Of a DNA stretch of 50,505 bases, positions 23,201-36,090 are shown piece after piece (position 1 is the stretch's first letter; each line of letters starts with the position of its first letter). Source of the stretch: Hydrurus foetidus (Eukaryota); NCBI GenBank assembly GCA_900617105.1, contig UYFQ01000529.1:1-50505 (forward strand). The letters run 5' to 3'. The notes beneath the pieces were generated by a model that was not told the origin of the DNA, made no database searches, and saw only the letters and a program-made list of their open reading frames with translations. A program made the translations under genes and the position numbers.

Positions 23201-25569
23201 TCTTCACATACACGTACACATGTACATACAGTTGACAACTCTTTCAAAACCCCTACTTCCTTCACACCCTGACCTCTGCCTCTCCTTGGCCAAAGCCTCA
23301 TCAGTAAGCTCCTCGCTACCCACACACGGTACGTCTTCCACTCTGTACGGGTTGCGATTATCGTCATCCCCTGCGAACTCTATGCTCTCCTTCGCACTGT
23401 CATTCCTGAGATCGTCTGTGTCCAACCCAAACACTTTACTGGGCTGGCCTATATTATTCAGATTCAAGTCGAAGTTGAAGTTGAGATTCGGTGTTTCGAT
23501 GGCATCGGGTGGTACCTTGAGTATTGTGTGGGTGCTTACTAATTGTTGGGTGAGCGTCACGATGGAAGAAATGTGTGTGTTGCAACGAATTGCTATCGCA
23601 TGGAGAGTATCGACAGTGATGTCGATTGGTGTAGGCGACTGACTACACTGTGTTTCTAATGGCAAATAAGAAATGTGTTATCTTCCTGCTCGATGTTACG
23701 TGATCAGTGAGTTACAGTCATTTCGACATTATGACCATCAAACGCATTCATGCCTATCTGTTTCATAAACCCCACTGTTTGATCTACACATCATATTTGT
23801 CATTCGTCATCCGCACTTACAAATTAAATCGTGACGCATTTACCACGTACAATCTTTCAAAGTCTTCCTTCTTACCTATGTGTCTGTTCTCAAAATCTTT
23901 CTCCACACAACAGTCTACTGAAGAGTTGCCAACAGGTGTTGCGATCAATTTCTGATGGCGGTTAAAGAGATATATTGTTGAGTAAAGAGTGAGATTTTCT
24001 GATATACACCAGGAGATGATGTGAGTGAAGTGGTGATTAAGTAGTACCAGCATGAATAATATGACACACGATGCGATGGTGGATGAAAATACAGAATATC
24101 ATCAGCTTATACAATATAATTCGATGTTATCCGTATGGCATGATGTTGTTCAATTTATTTCTACAGTACGTACCTTGAGGTAGGCCTGACTGAGAGGGAC
24201 GGGCAGGGCCGACACGGGGACCGTAGACAGACCCCCAAACCCTACACGGTTGTTAATGCTTTCGTTAATACACTTCACACACATTCACTAGATGCATGCG
24301 CTGATACAATGAATTGGTGCTAAGCCAGTACAAGCGTGACATGGTTCATATAGAATAATATATGAATACACATTGAGTGTGCTGCCCTCTAAGGCGAGTA
24401 AGTTAATATAGAAATCTTAGCATGCTTTTTATTTTGATGATCCATGAAAGAGAAGTTAATCATAAAACAAGCGATGATGTGCACCATCAACACAAGTCAG
24501 CACACTACGTCACATCATTCCACAGAAAAGAGAAGTTGCAATTCCTAATTCGTTGATCACCTTTTCTAGCGCCACCCCCTTGTGATCTCGATGATTCTGC
24601 AGCAGACAATGTTGAAGCTGCAACAGGACCAGCACCAGTGGCAATCGCTCTTGCATCTTTGTTGTGCTTTGAAACTTCTTTATTTTTATTTAATTTTTGT
24701 GATAGCTTTAATTTCGCTTCTTTTTCTGCTTCGTTTTCTTCCACTTCTTCCTCACTGTCGTCACTGCTGTCGTCACCACTTGTTGCAGCGTCATCAGTCG
24801 CCATAGGAGTGTACAATATACTACCAGTATCATCGTAGTTGAAAACTGTTCGTCTCCCACACATGATAACTTTTTTCGATTTTTTCGCTGGATAATATAA
24901 CAGATTAAAATAGAAGAGCAGTTGACAATAGGAATCCAGTATAGCTATCACTGCAGTGGAGATGCGATGTTGTCAAAAGAAGTGTAATCGTAATTCACCT
25001 GTAGTTGATGAAGATGATGCAGGGATCATCGATATAGCGATAGGAAGACCATCTCTGCTCTTCTTTATTTTTATCACATTCAGAGAAGATGATGAGGCTA
25101 TTTTTGATGGCTTGGTGGACTCAGAAGTATCTGTCTGTTCTAGAGCTGGTACAGTAATGTCGTCAACAGTTGATTTGATATCATCTGACTCTATTTCGCG
25201 GTTTAGCTGTTCTTCCATTTTGTCGAGATCCTTTTCATCCTCGCCACCATCAATCGAGAATTTTGTGTTGGCAGACAATTTGCGTTCTCTGGCGCGCTCC
25301 CTTTCAAACCTATCTTTGTAGTACTCCTTCGCTCTCTCTACCCAGATTTTAGTTCCTTTCCAGTGACAGTTGTTAAACGTTTTGATGCATTTCTCAATCA
25401 TGGGATCAGTCGCAGTAACAACGACTATCGCAAATGATCGATTGATGCCAGTTGGGGTCTTTCCCGATATGTAAACTTCTTCAACAGGGCATACTTTAGA
25501 TATAAGGCTACTTAAATCCTCCGCAGTTGCTTCATATGAGAAATCTCGGACATAAATTCTTCCCGTCAT
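20202..25569 (-). CDS. NOL8/Nop8-like nucleolar RRM protein, multi-exon
   Basis: N-terminal RRM (MTGRIYVRDFS...RSFAIV...FNNCHWKGTKIWVERAKEYYKDRFERER); acidic/basic middle. Spliced C-terminus KKFCRDRSEAELFEDWKESRDRLVIDYKRKSKDAKKK, then an RG-rich tail to TAG at 20202-20204. Internal exons only partly resolved. Confidence 0.7.
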
Positions 25570-26114
25570 CACTACAAGTCTAGTCGCAACTTTTCCCAGT
25601 GCAAAAACAGATTGAGACCGAAGAGGGAAGGAGAACTGAAGAAAGCTTTTGGAATGAGATGCGAGATTTAGAGAGATGCACAGAGCACAGACATCATCGA
25701 TTGGTGGCTTCAAATACTATCCCCCAAAGGTACTCCTGTCTCTTGTGCCTATCATCTGTGATGAGAAGTGAGAAGTATAATTTTCAAGCGCCGATTTTTG
25801 CCAACTTTACTAGATGTCTAACGCATCTATGCCACCAATTCAACTTATTTATCGATATGTCATACTTGACAGAATATTTGAGTTAGGTTAATGACATATA
25901 AACTGGCTTAGCAAAAAGTGGGGATTATATTAACTCTTGATAACAGTTATCAAATAGATAGAAAGAGATATTCTGAATGCAGCGAAAGTCAGTACTTGCA
26001 GAATATTTCAAGACAGAATCAATGAATGTAAACGTCGCACTGGTATGTTTAGAAGACATCACATATTTAATAAAAACATTGCAGATACAGCTCCAGTTAG
26101 TTTCCACCACAAAA

Positions 26115-29100
26115 TCATTTTAGTGAAGTCATCAATTCTGTAATGGACTGAATACTCTTCAGCGTATCTACCCTTTTTGTTTTACTATTTGACCCTTTTC
26201 TTAAACTAAAATCTTCATCTACTTGTATTCGATTTTCTCCATTTTGATTAAATTGCGAAATTTTCTCGAAGGCTTCTGTTAAAGAAATTTTCAAATTTTC
26301 ATTTCCATGTAATGTTAAATGAAAAGTTGTCCGAAATCTTTCAACTACTATTAATTGATGGACTAATTTAGATGCTAAATTAAGATTACTATGATTTCTT
26401 CCCGTGTTATCAGGGATAGAGATACTGCACTTAACAATTATTGTTAGCAATAAGTGGAGCAACTCCTCTTCAATGGTTGTGGTGGAAATTTTCTTCAGAG
26501 TGGACCCCTCCTCCCATATTTTGAGTAAGAGCTGAAAAATTAAAAAGAGAGATAAGTAAAAGATATTAGAAGACATGATAATGAGAGAAATGAAAAAGGA
26601 GGGAAGGACAGAATAAATAGTGGCACAAGAGTTTAAGAAAGTATATGGTAGCAGAGGAATGATGGGAAGAGGGACTGATGTAGTGGAGATATGGAGGAAG
26701 CGAAAATAGGAACGAGCAGCAACAAATTAGGATGTATGATTAGTAAAATTTATCAAACGAAGGCACGTAATATATTACGGGAGCAGCATAAAATGGTTCC
26801 TGTTTAGTATGGGGCCCATACTAAACAGGAACCATTTCATTCTGCTCCCGTAATACATGAGGGACATATGTGTATCAGAGTATGGTAAGTACTGTGAGCT
26901 GGATAAGGTTGAATGGTAGCTGCCACAATCGGATGATCGGCTCTGGCTTAGTAGCACGTAATTTGATATAATATGAGAATAGAAGAGATGAGGAGAGTAG
27001 ACTGACCTCCATGGCGCACTGAATATGAGTATCCATCTCAGCATACAACTCCTCCAACCGATCATTCTCACGGCAGCACACACTACCCCCTACATCTCCC
27101 ACCCGATCCGGTTCTAGGCCCCCATTACTTCTACTACTACAACTATTCTTAGTGCAATTCTGTGCTGTAGCCGTGCAGCGATTTGCAATCTCGCATGACA
27201 TTATGTAGCATTTATGAAACCGCAGCGACTGCTTCTTTAAATTGCTATACACTTCTAGTGTATCGGCACTAATGCATTTCTTCTTTTTAGCGGATTCCTC
27301 CTCTTTTACGATTTCTTTCTTCTTTAGTCCTATTTTGGGTTGTTTCGGTAAAGATTTGGTTGGATTTGGTATTGAAGTAGAACTAGATTCTTCCTTTTTT
27401 CCATTCGAATTTTCAGCAATTCTCGTATCCGTGATTCCACTAAAAGACAAAGCGGTGATATTCAGGTCCCTGTCACAGTCTGCATCAGAAGCTGCACTCT
27501 TTATCATATTGTGCAACGCTTTGGGACCAACTTGCCCTTCGAAGCCATCTCCATTATCCTTCTCATCTTCTTCTTTGACATGACAGTTGTTTGAATTTAG
27601 TGCGACACTCTTCTCATGGCCTCTGTCAGCACTCCCTTTCTCCCCATTACAGAGGCCCTTTTGCTTTGCATCTCTAGCCTGTAGAGCCTTCAACATCTTG
27701 GCCGCCCTACTGCCAACTGTCACGGCTGCGATGTCTGCGACTACCTTCTCCTTTTCCCCCGTATGTCCGCTAACATCTACAGATTCAAGATCCCCTCCCT
27801 CCCCCATACCTACACGTGCATTTCCTTGTCCGTACACCGTATGTCCATGTGCTCTGCTGTCATGACAGCCGCGAGACATTTTCTTCTCAAGCCCTTTAGG
27901 GACGCACTGAGAGGACAAAGCGCTCCATGGACCTCAATAACCGACAATGCCTCCGACCCCCTGTGCTCCATCATGAGCACTTCACTCAGGCGGTATACAC
28001 TCTTGCTGTGTGTGGGGTCCACTAGCAGTGCGGATCGACAGAAGGACTCACACAGTGTCACATACGTACGCATATCCCTATCAGACTCTTCTTTTTCTTT
28101 TTCATTTTCCAATAGTTTCCAGTAAACCGCTGCAGTGTTGTAATATAAAGACGTAAGTAAACCTTTCAAATCCTTTTTGCAACCTATGGAAGAGCTACTA
28201 ATTTCATCGACCTGCGTACTATTTGTTGCTATAATTGGATTTAGTATTGCAATCGCATTCTCATAAATCCTAAGAGATCCTGTGAAATCACAATTCTTGA
28301 ACAGTTCATTTCCTTCTGCCTTCTTCATTTGCAATTCCTTGAGAATGTTCTGAAGGGATATTGAAATTGAGAGTTCTTGGACTGCCACGTCACCAGCATG
28401 ATCAGAATCAAAATCGGAATTCTGTGAGTTCCTAAGATCTATTACACACTCTTCTGCATCGATAGGAATGGAAGAACGTTCCTTACTAATGTAGCCAGCA
28501 TCCTCCTGTGTGAGTACGTCAGTGGATATTACATCTGCAACTTCAATGACATCATTGGAGTATTCTTCTGGTTTAGGAATCTCGTACCCAGAAATAAATA
28601 TTAGAACTTTCTCGTCATTAGTAAATGCGACGTTGTCTGGACTACCGTACGGTACTGCTGGTAGAGCATCCCAAAATACTGCATTGTCATCCATTAAATC
28701 TGATTCATCTGTATTGTTATCATCTTCTCGATGGAATTGATCATAACTGAAGTCCTTATAAATTGTTTTTGCGAGATTAACTTCGTGCTCTGAAATATCT
28801 TCACCACATCCTGTTGCCCACAGTCGTAATTCTGAAAGCATCCTGTCACTTAAATATAATACCTGCTTCTCTGTTCTCATCGCCCTAACCCAGCTGATCC
28901 AGAATGCAACTAATTGTAACGCTCTTAAAGAACCTCCAGGATAACTCTTCTTCCTATTCTCCATCAAACCAGCTAAAAAATCAGTATTCTGGGAAAGATT
29001 GAGCATTCGACTGTGCAGCATTTTTGCTGTTGCATTCCCATTATGTGGGATAAACCAATCGAAAGAATCACAGTCAGTGATTGACAGCAATATTTCAAAT

Positions 29101-29739
29101 GCTTGGCCACGATAATAAAGATTTTCATCACAGTTTAAATTAGATATTTCCTCGAGACCTCCACGCATCACAAACTCTTCCAAAAATAACCAGGACTGCC
29201 TATTAAAGATTGTTAGTGAAGTGAACAATCAGCAAATGTGAATCAACAAATGGGGCAATATGGTCAAAATCGAAAGAAGTTTCATCTCGAGGCAGAATCA
29301 GAATCCTTAAAGTCATGCACAGCCCAATATTCACCTATGTACGAGATATATGAGCGAAAGTACAGTTGATCGCGTCCGCAGCTCAGAAACATGACCAGGC
29401 GACAGGTTCTTCGTCACGTGAAGGATCATCGGATAGTACCTATTTTGTCACAGATGCCGCTTGAAAATGTCAAGAATTGAAGAAGTAAGGATCATCTGGA
29501 GAAATTTCCGTTACTTACATAATTTGATCCTCTGTCGGTTTGAAAAGTGCGCATCTCATTTCTTCATTCGTGAAGTTTCTTCGGAGAAGAAGCTCAAAGT
29601 CGCGGATTGGTGGATTCTTGAAGTGCCTGTCAAAGCTCTGGAGGATGGTATCCAATAACTTATGGCCGTCAGGAGAATCCTCGTAGAATTTCACTGCTGC
29701 CGCTACAGCGTGAGTGTACGCAATGTCTTCCAAGTTCAT
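26115..29739 (-). CDS. TPR-containing protein, multi-exon, function unknown
   Basis: Co-oriented ORFs 29515-29739, 27810-29228, 26115-26576. Co-chaperone-type TPR signature KKAEGNELFK..DF..SL..YENAI and ALLVDPTHSKSVYRLSE. Confidence 0.65.
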
Positions 29740-30862
29740 ATTTCCCTGAAGTCACACTATCTTCGTGGAATTTGGATGAAATTTCGCAATTGAAACGAAA
29801 ATCAATGGACAGTAGACCAACTGACTGATTCAAGGTCTTGTTGGATACTTTGAAGATGTGAAATCTGCATAGTTGAGGGAGTTGGGAGTTGTGGCAGATA
29901 AGAACGCTTTGGTAACAGATGACAGCAGGATGCAGGATCACGCGCGAGCGTTGCATTATGGACTGTACGTACAATAGTATAACGCGTGCGCGACACTCCA
30001 TAGAAATCTTTTCGTGATGTCGAAGTCGAAATCATGCAACTCCAGCCTCACAGCCTATATCTAGGCACAATTCTCCTGATTGAAGACAAATGATTAAATT
30101 ATGTCATTGAGATTGTGGCTGCATACGCTGATTTCTATTCAGTAGCGATCCTTGGAAATGTTTGAGTACTATCAAAATATCATCGACATCAACATCGATG
30201 TCATATTTGTCTGCGAGAGCAAAGCAATGTCGATGGTTGGTAGTTTCGTCGATGACACGACTATCGATGCGAAAGGAAGTCTTCACTGGAAAGCTGGTGT
30301 TGAAGTGATCAACATAGTTGATGACGCTATCTGTCTGCACATCACAAACGATACTGATTGGCAGCTGCGTGATTTTTTTACGGCAATTTCATACTCAGAA
30401 CTCAAATCTGATTCTATACTTAGACATTATATTTTTTCATCGAGTCTTGTCAAAGAACTCAATCCTAGATTGCGTTTTACAACTTTATTAGAGATAATCT
30501 AAACGCAACTCTTTGAAGATGTCAGAAGAGTGTCATCTTTATGCCATAGCTGCTGCACTATTCTACCATGTTTCTAAGTAAAGAACTTCATGAAGATAGA
30601 GGAAAATCTCGCTCATCATGAGAGCTGGTCCAGCTTTTTTGCTTTACATATACTTTCGCTTGCTTTATTTACGGAGCAGTGGGTATTCTTGAATCGCAAA
30701 CCGTATAAAACGAGATGATGTCAAACTTGAGGTTGAGGTTTGAAATTTGAATTTTCATGGTTTGTCATCCATGCTACGTAGGAGGCTATGCTACAGATAT
30801 TAGTGGTCTTATTTCGGGTGTTGCAAATTTTGTGCTCTAAATTGCTACTGTCTATCTAAAAA

Positions 30863-32149
30863 ATGTCGGGGAAATGTCGGCTGACGCTCATCTTCATTAT
30901 ATATATGACCGTAGAAATTCTTCTCCTACAAAATGGCCAAATGAGATGCGTAGAAGCATTCTTAAACTCAGGAGGTGTCACTAACTTCATTGCGTTGCGA
31001 AATCAACACCTATCCAAGTCGCTCATCGATAGGAAGCACACTTCTTTAGCCACTTCTATCACTGATGACTCCACCTTTCAGCAATGTATCGGATCAGCCA
31101 CTTCTGAAGGACTAGCCTATGAAGTCAGAGCAATACAAGGGAAGGGTTTTGGTGCGGTAGCATTGAGAGATATTTTTCCTGGTGAGATGATAATCGTCGA
31201 GAAGCCCCTATTCTCCATCAGCACGAAGACGGGCTGGTTTACTCCGTCAGAATCCTATTCAGAAACTAGAGTCGAAAATGAAGTTGAGAAGTTATCTCCG
31301 GGTGACCAGGAACGCTTCTATTCGCTTCACGGTTATATGGGTCAAAATAAGGACACGAATGATGATATCACTGTGAGCAAAAATGCTGTGGTTATGGGAG
31401 GAGAAAAAATTCAACGACTCAAGATGCCGCCAATTATTATATACAGAACAAACGCATATCCTGCGGGTGCTGGCAAATCTGGATTATTCCCTTTGATTTC
31501 GCGTCTAAACAGTGACTGCACTCCAAACGTCCATTACAATTGGAACGAAAAACAGGGGTCATCAACGGTATATTGTGTGTCGAAGATATCAAAAGGAGAA
31601 GAAATCGTAAATTGCTATATGGGATTGTACATCAATCGCTTGGAAAGGTTAGAATATTTGAACAAGAATTTTGGGTTCTCATGTTCGTGCAAATCATGTT
31701 CGCTCTCTGGGGTGGCTCAGGTAGACAGTGATACGCGCAGAATGAGGCTCGGGAGTTTAGAAGAAATGACAGTTACAGCTATACTAGAGAAGAAAAAGAA
31801 TTTGGCACTAGATTTGGTTAATCTTCGGTTGGAAATTTTGAAGGAAGAAGGACTAGAGAATTCTATGACGCTATTCAAATGTGAATATGACGCTTTTCTG
31901 GCAATAGCTGGTTTAAATAGTTCCATTTCCTCTCTAGTTGATGACATATCTGGCAGTGCTGATTCAACCAGCAGTAGAGAAAGTAACGGTGAAATGCTAG
32001 AACTCTCAACCATGGATGCGGAAGATATGTCTGATGCGAAGGAATGGCTTAAAAAGGCGTATAAACACGTAGTTGAAGCGAAGGGTCCCGAGTCAGTTGA
32101 ATCTCATAAATGTTTTTACTACCTCTCTATATTCAACATACTGTACTAA
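30863..32149 (+). CDS. SET-domain lysine methyltransferase (SMYD/Set5-like) with N-terminal targeting peptide
   Basis: GKGFGAVALRDIFPGEMIIVEKPL, GLFPLISRLNSDCTPN, ISKGEEIVNCY, post-SET FSCSCKSC. Hydrophobic N-terminus followed by VEAF. Confidence 0.9.
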   Translation: MSGKCRLTLIFIIYMTVEILLLQNGQMRCVEAFLNSGGVTNFIALRNQHLSKSLIDRKHTSLATSITDDSTFQQCIGSATSEGLAYEVRAIQGKGFGAVALRDIFPGEMIIVEKPLFSISTKTGWFTPSESYSETRVENEVEKLSPGDQERFYSLHGYMGQNKDTNDDITVSKNAVVMGGEKIQRLKMPPIIIYRTNAYPAGAGKSGLFPLISRLNSDCTPNVHYNWNEKQGSSTVYCVSKISKGEEIVNCYMGLYINRLERLEYLNKNFGFSCSCKSCSLSGVAQVDSDTRRMRLGSLEEMTVTAILEKKKNLALDLVNLRLEILKEEGLENSMTLFKCEYDAFLAIAGLNSSISSLVDDISGSADSTSSRESNGEMLELSTMDAEDMSDAKEWLKKAYKHVVEAKGPESVESHKCFYYLSIFNILY

Positions 32150-32557
32150 CCTAGAAATGTCCGGTTTATTTCTAGAACTCATCGCATTTAGTTTTTTCAA
32201 AAGAGAGTTTCTTCATGTACATGTTTGAAATACTGTATCAAAATTTACATTACCATCGCAAATCATCGGCAGTGAACTTGATGGTGGATAAATAAGGAGT
32301 AGCTGATTAATATGAAAATTGATTAATCAGCAGGTTGAAATATCGTTTGCTGCCGAGTTGAAGATATTTTAAGTTATGTAGGCATATGTACATATGAGAA
32401 TGTAAATGAGGAATATTATGATCAGCGATGCAAGAGTGCCGGTTGTCCGTGACAACTAATATCACTTTAAACATGTACTGCGAGTGCTACGTTACTTCTC
32501 CTGATGTGCTGTGCTGTGACACAATGTAGTGAGAAAAGGAGTGATTCAAAGTCGTGA

Positions 32558-35500
32558 TCAAGCTAAAATGCCGTTCAGATACATGCCGTCAGTTGATCCT
32601 TTTAGTCTGCATGTCTGGCAAGCTGTAAGAGTGCTATCATCCTTTGTCTTCATGCTATTGCCACTTGCATTTCTATGGGCTCCTAATAATCTCAATTTCT
32701 CCTCTCCGTTCATACGTTCTTCCATTTCACAGTACGGACATCTAAACCATACTTCACCATTTTGAGCAGATTTAACAGTTAGCATCACTGACTTCTTTGT
32801 TTTATCGTTTAGAAACTCGGTGAACATTTTTGTCACATCTAGTGTAGTATGCTTTTCGATTAATGTATGATCTACTGCTAGTAATTGATCTAGTAAATCA
32901 ATTTTTCCCGAGTGCTCGGCGGGAAGCAATTTCCCTACTCATTGTTTAAGTGTAAGGACTATTTTAGATGTAAGTTCAGTCTTGCATGTAGAAAGTACAC
33001 AATACGTAATGTGATAGTGAGCGAAAATGGGTCACTAGATGTAAAATGAATTTAAGATATAAACGAATAATCAAATCGACGATGCTGACAGTTACAGATG
33101 ATTTTACAAGATAGTTGTCATGTAAATAAAAGCGATATAAGTAACTCAAGTAACTTCATATTCTCTTTACTCTAAAAAGGGCCACACACCTGATTCTGGA
33201 TGACGTTGAAATCCGACAAAAACAATTCTTCCGTTTTCATCACAACCATGTTCGAAACCAAGGAGCTTTCTATTGTACGTGAAGTCGTACTTCAATGTAA
33301 CGTACTTTGTCTTTTGCTTGACCTCGTATGATTTGATGGGCATGATTGGAGGTGTATGGCCGAGAGTTTCTCCACTGCTTGTTCTGCTGCGGGAGCGTGC
33401 ACGGGGTAAAAGCTCCATCCTCAAAGGACTGCGACTTCTTGCAGGACTTCCTGACCTTCTGATAGGGCTATTTCTACGTGATGTAATTGATGCCATTAAA
33501 GAATTCGCTAGGTCCGCATTGTTGTACATCCGACGCAGAGTAGATGTCGATGAAAAAGGAGGTGCTGAGGGTTCTAGAGGCTCCACTAATTCATCTCCTT
33601 TCGAGTTATCATCATAAGAATACCCCCTTGCAGTGCCTTCTGTGTCTTGCAACTCATACAGCAGCAGCACTGGTTGATACAACGATTTTAGGCATTCCTT
33701 TTTTACTTGTTCCCAGCATCCCAATGGTCGTATCTTCTGATCATCAAATAACAGAAACGTAGCTTCTCCTCCCTGCTGCTGCTCCTACAGTACAAAGAAT
33801 AAAATCAAAATAATACCAGGGAAGGAACGCATCACATCAGCAAAATTTCCCCTAACGAAGTGTTTTTTTTGTACTGATATCAGACGCAGAATGGAGTGTA
33901 CTTTCAAAATATGAATTAAGTCGGCGTCAATATATCATGAAAATTAAAAAAAAACAGATAATTTGTACAGAAGAAACTGATATGCATAGAATCATAAGCA
34001 AAAGGATATGTGATGTGATACGATTGGATGTCACATGGAATCAAGAAAACAGAGCGGAGCAGTTTAGTACCTGAAATATTGAAATATAGTGTAGGCCGTA
34101 GTAACAAACAAAACCGCGAAAAACGTAGGTTGGGCTCTTCATGTCTCGATTTACTTTCTTAACAGTTTTCAAATATTGGAAAGGAGGATCTGAGCTCCGT
34201 CTGTCGTCAGAATTTGAGTTCGAATCATTTGCATCACAATCTGTGTCGGGTTCATTGTCACAACTTGTGTGATCAACTGTTTCGCTTGTATCAGTAGGAC
34301 TATCAGATTTTAATAAACCACATTTCGGAATGAACATACTTCTATTTTCGTTGTACGCACCCTGTTTACTCAAGTCGAAAAGATCGCCCAATTCGATAGT
34401 GTACGATACTAAAGAGAGAAACGCATTAAGTGTCTCCGCTTTTTCTCTCGAATGTGTCCATCCAATAGATATAGCCAGTGCCATAGGTGGTTCTAACGCA
34501 TACAGCTTCACATCAGCTTTTCCACTACATTTTGTTGCTGCTGGTGCTGATTCAATGTTGATTGTAGGACCCCCTTCATCAGCTTTATCAGCGCTGGGTG
34601 TACCACTTGTTCTCGCATCTAGACTAGGACAGCATCTTGGACTCACGCCCATACAGTCATGGAGCAAATGTCCAAAGTTTCGCAAGGTGGGGCCACAGTC
34701 ATCTATAGAGCTGTCTTCCTGTGTAAGATGGCGCTTAACGTCTGCCTGACCCAGAGCAATGAGTTCCGCTGCATAAACGTAATGCACAAAGTCACTGCGA
34801 AGCATTGGTGCAGAGCTGGATGAACAATCCAAACAAGTCGCCTGCTCCGTCAGTAAGCCACCAAACACATTGTGTGCCAGACAGTTATGCTTATTATGGC
34901 AACACTTTGGTGTACATTCAAGATGAATCGTTTCTAAGATAGCCTCCAGTGTTTCGTTGGCATCGGCTATTTCTCCGAGCTGAAATTGCTTAAACAATTC
35001 ACTCAATGTTTCTCTAAGTTCCGTGGGAGGCAGTATTGATAATTCAGTGTACTGATACTCGACGAATAGGTTGCACAAGGCATCAAGTAGTCCCATTTTC
35101 TTCTTTTTCTCGGAGCTGGATTTTCCATCAGTAAGTTTAGCTTTAGATATCAAATTCTGCAATTCGTACCGAAAAGGCCCGAGATGCCACAAGGCTTGAA
35201 TTGTCGCATTCAAGAAGCAGTTGTTCTCTCCTGAAAGATTCCTAAGACCTTTGTGGGTTTGAGTCTCGGAGAATGCAAGCTTCATGGGGATGTCAAACTC
35301 TGTGCTCAAATCGTTGCGGATCGCTGCGATGTTGATACATTTTATTATCGAAGTCATCATGAAGAAAAAATGAAGTAATGGTGGCAATCCTACAATGCGT
35401 CCTTTTCAAATTGCACCTGACGTGTTTATCCTTCGCGCATTATCCAGGTTCTTACGACTGTAGTGATTGTTCATCATTCTGGCAGCCTGTTTCTTTTTAC

Positions 35501-35558
35501 TGTCGAAAAATCTAGTACCAGGAGCATTGTTGCCGTTCCGTGAAGTAGAGTTCCCCAT
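32558..35558 (-). CDS. USP53/USP54-like ubiquitin-specific protease with C-terminal PDZ-like domain and Zn ribbon
   Basis: Cys box GLRNLSGENNCFLNATIQALWHL, QLGEIADANE, His box CYYGLHYISIF, W..V...C....YQPVLLLYE. Exon 1 MGNSTSR... splices in frame to AIRNDLS. C-terminus has LLGF...PAEHSGKIDLLDQLLAVD and CPYC...CQTC. Confidence 0.85.
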
Positions 35559-36090
35559 GTCAGACTCTCAGAAGTACCTCGTGAAAAAACATTTCTCGTC
35601 AATCCAGAAGCCGATCATATTACAGTATTGGTTTATTCCTTGCAGTTAAATTCGCCGCTGTAGCCCTCAGACGAGAGCTGCCCGTCCGCCGCGATAAAGT
35701 GGGCGAATGCTCACAGCATTTATTGCACTGTGGTGTACTACTGAAATTCAATTCAATTTGGAATTCGATGGGATCGATCGATCGATCGATCGACTGTCAA
35801 ATCATCCCAAATGTAAACCGAAGATTCTTCCTCCCAAGCACACACGGCCCTGTGGCCTGTGGGGTTTCTTCGTTTTATGCCGTATGGTATCGGCTCACTC
35901 CGGTTGAAAATTTAGGCGACTGTCAAAGTGAGAAGTGAGAAGTGTTCCCGGTTGTAAACTGTAAACTCGAACTCTTCAACTGGAAACTGCGAGAGATAAA
36001 TCGAGGGAAAGTTGCAGATATAGGGAATAACAAGGGCCAGTGCCCCGATCTTTATCATCTTAATTGTAGCCGCGGGCGCCTCGCAGTGCA

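Noticed and set aside
30104..30502. Overlapping ORFs 30152-30502 (+) and 30104-30340 (-) as a gene
   Set aside because: No recognisable motif, non-ATG starts, and no consistent exon chain found.
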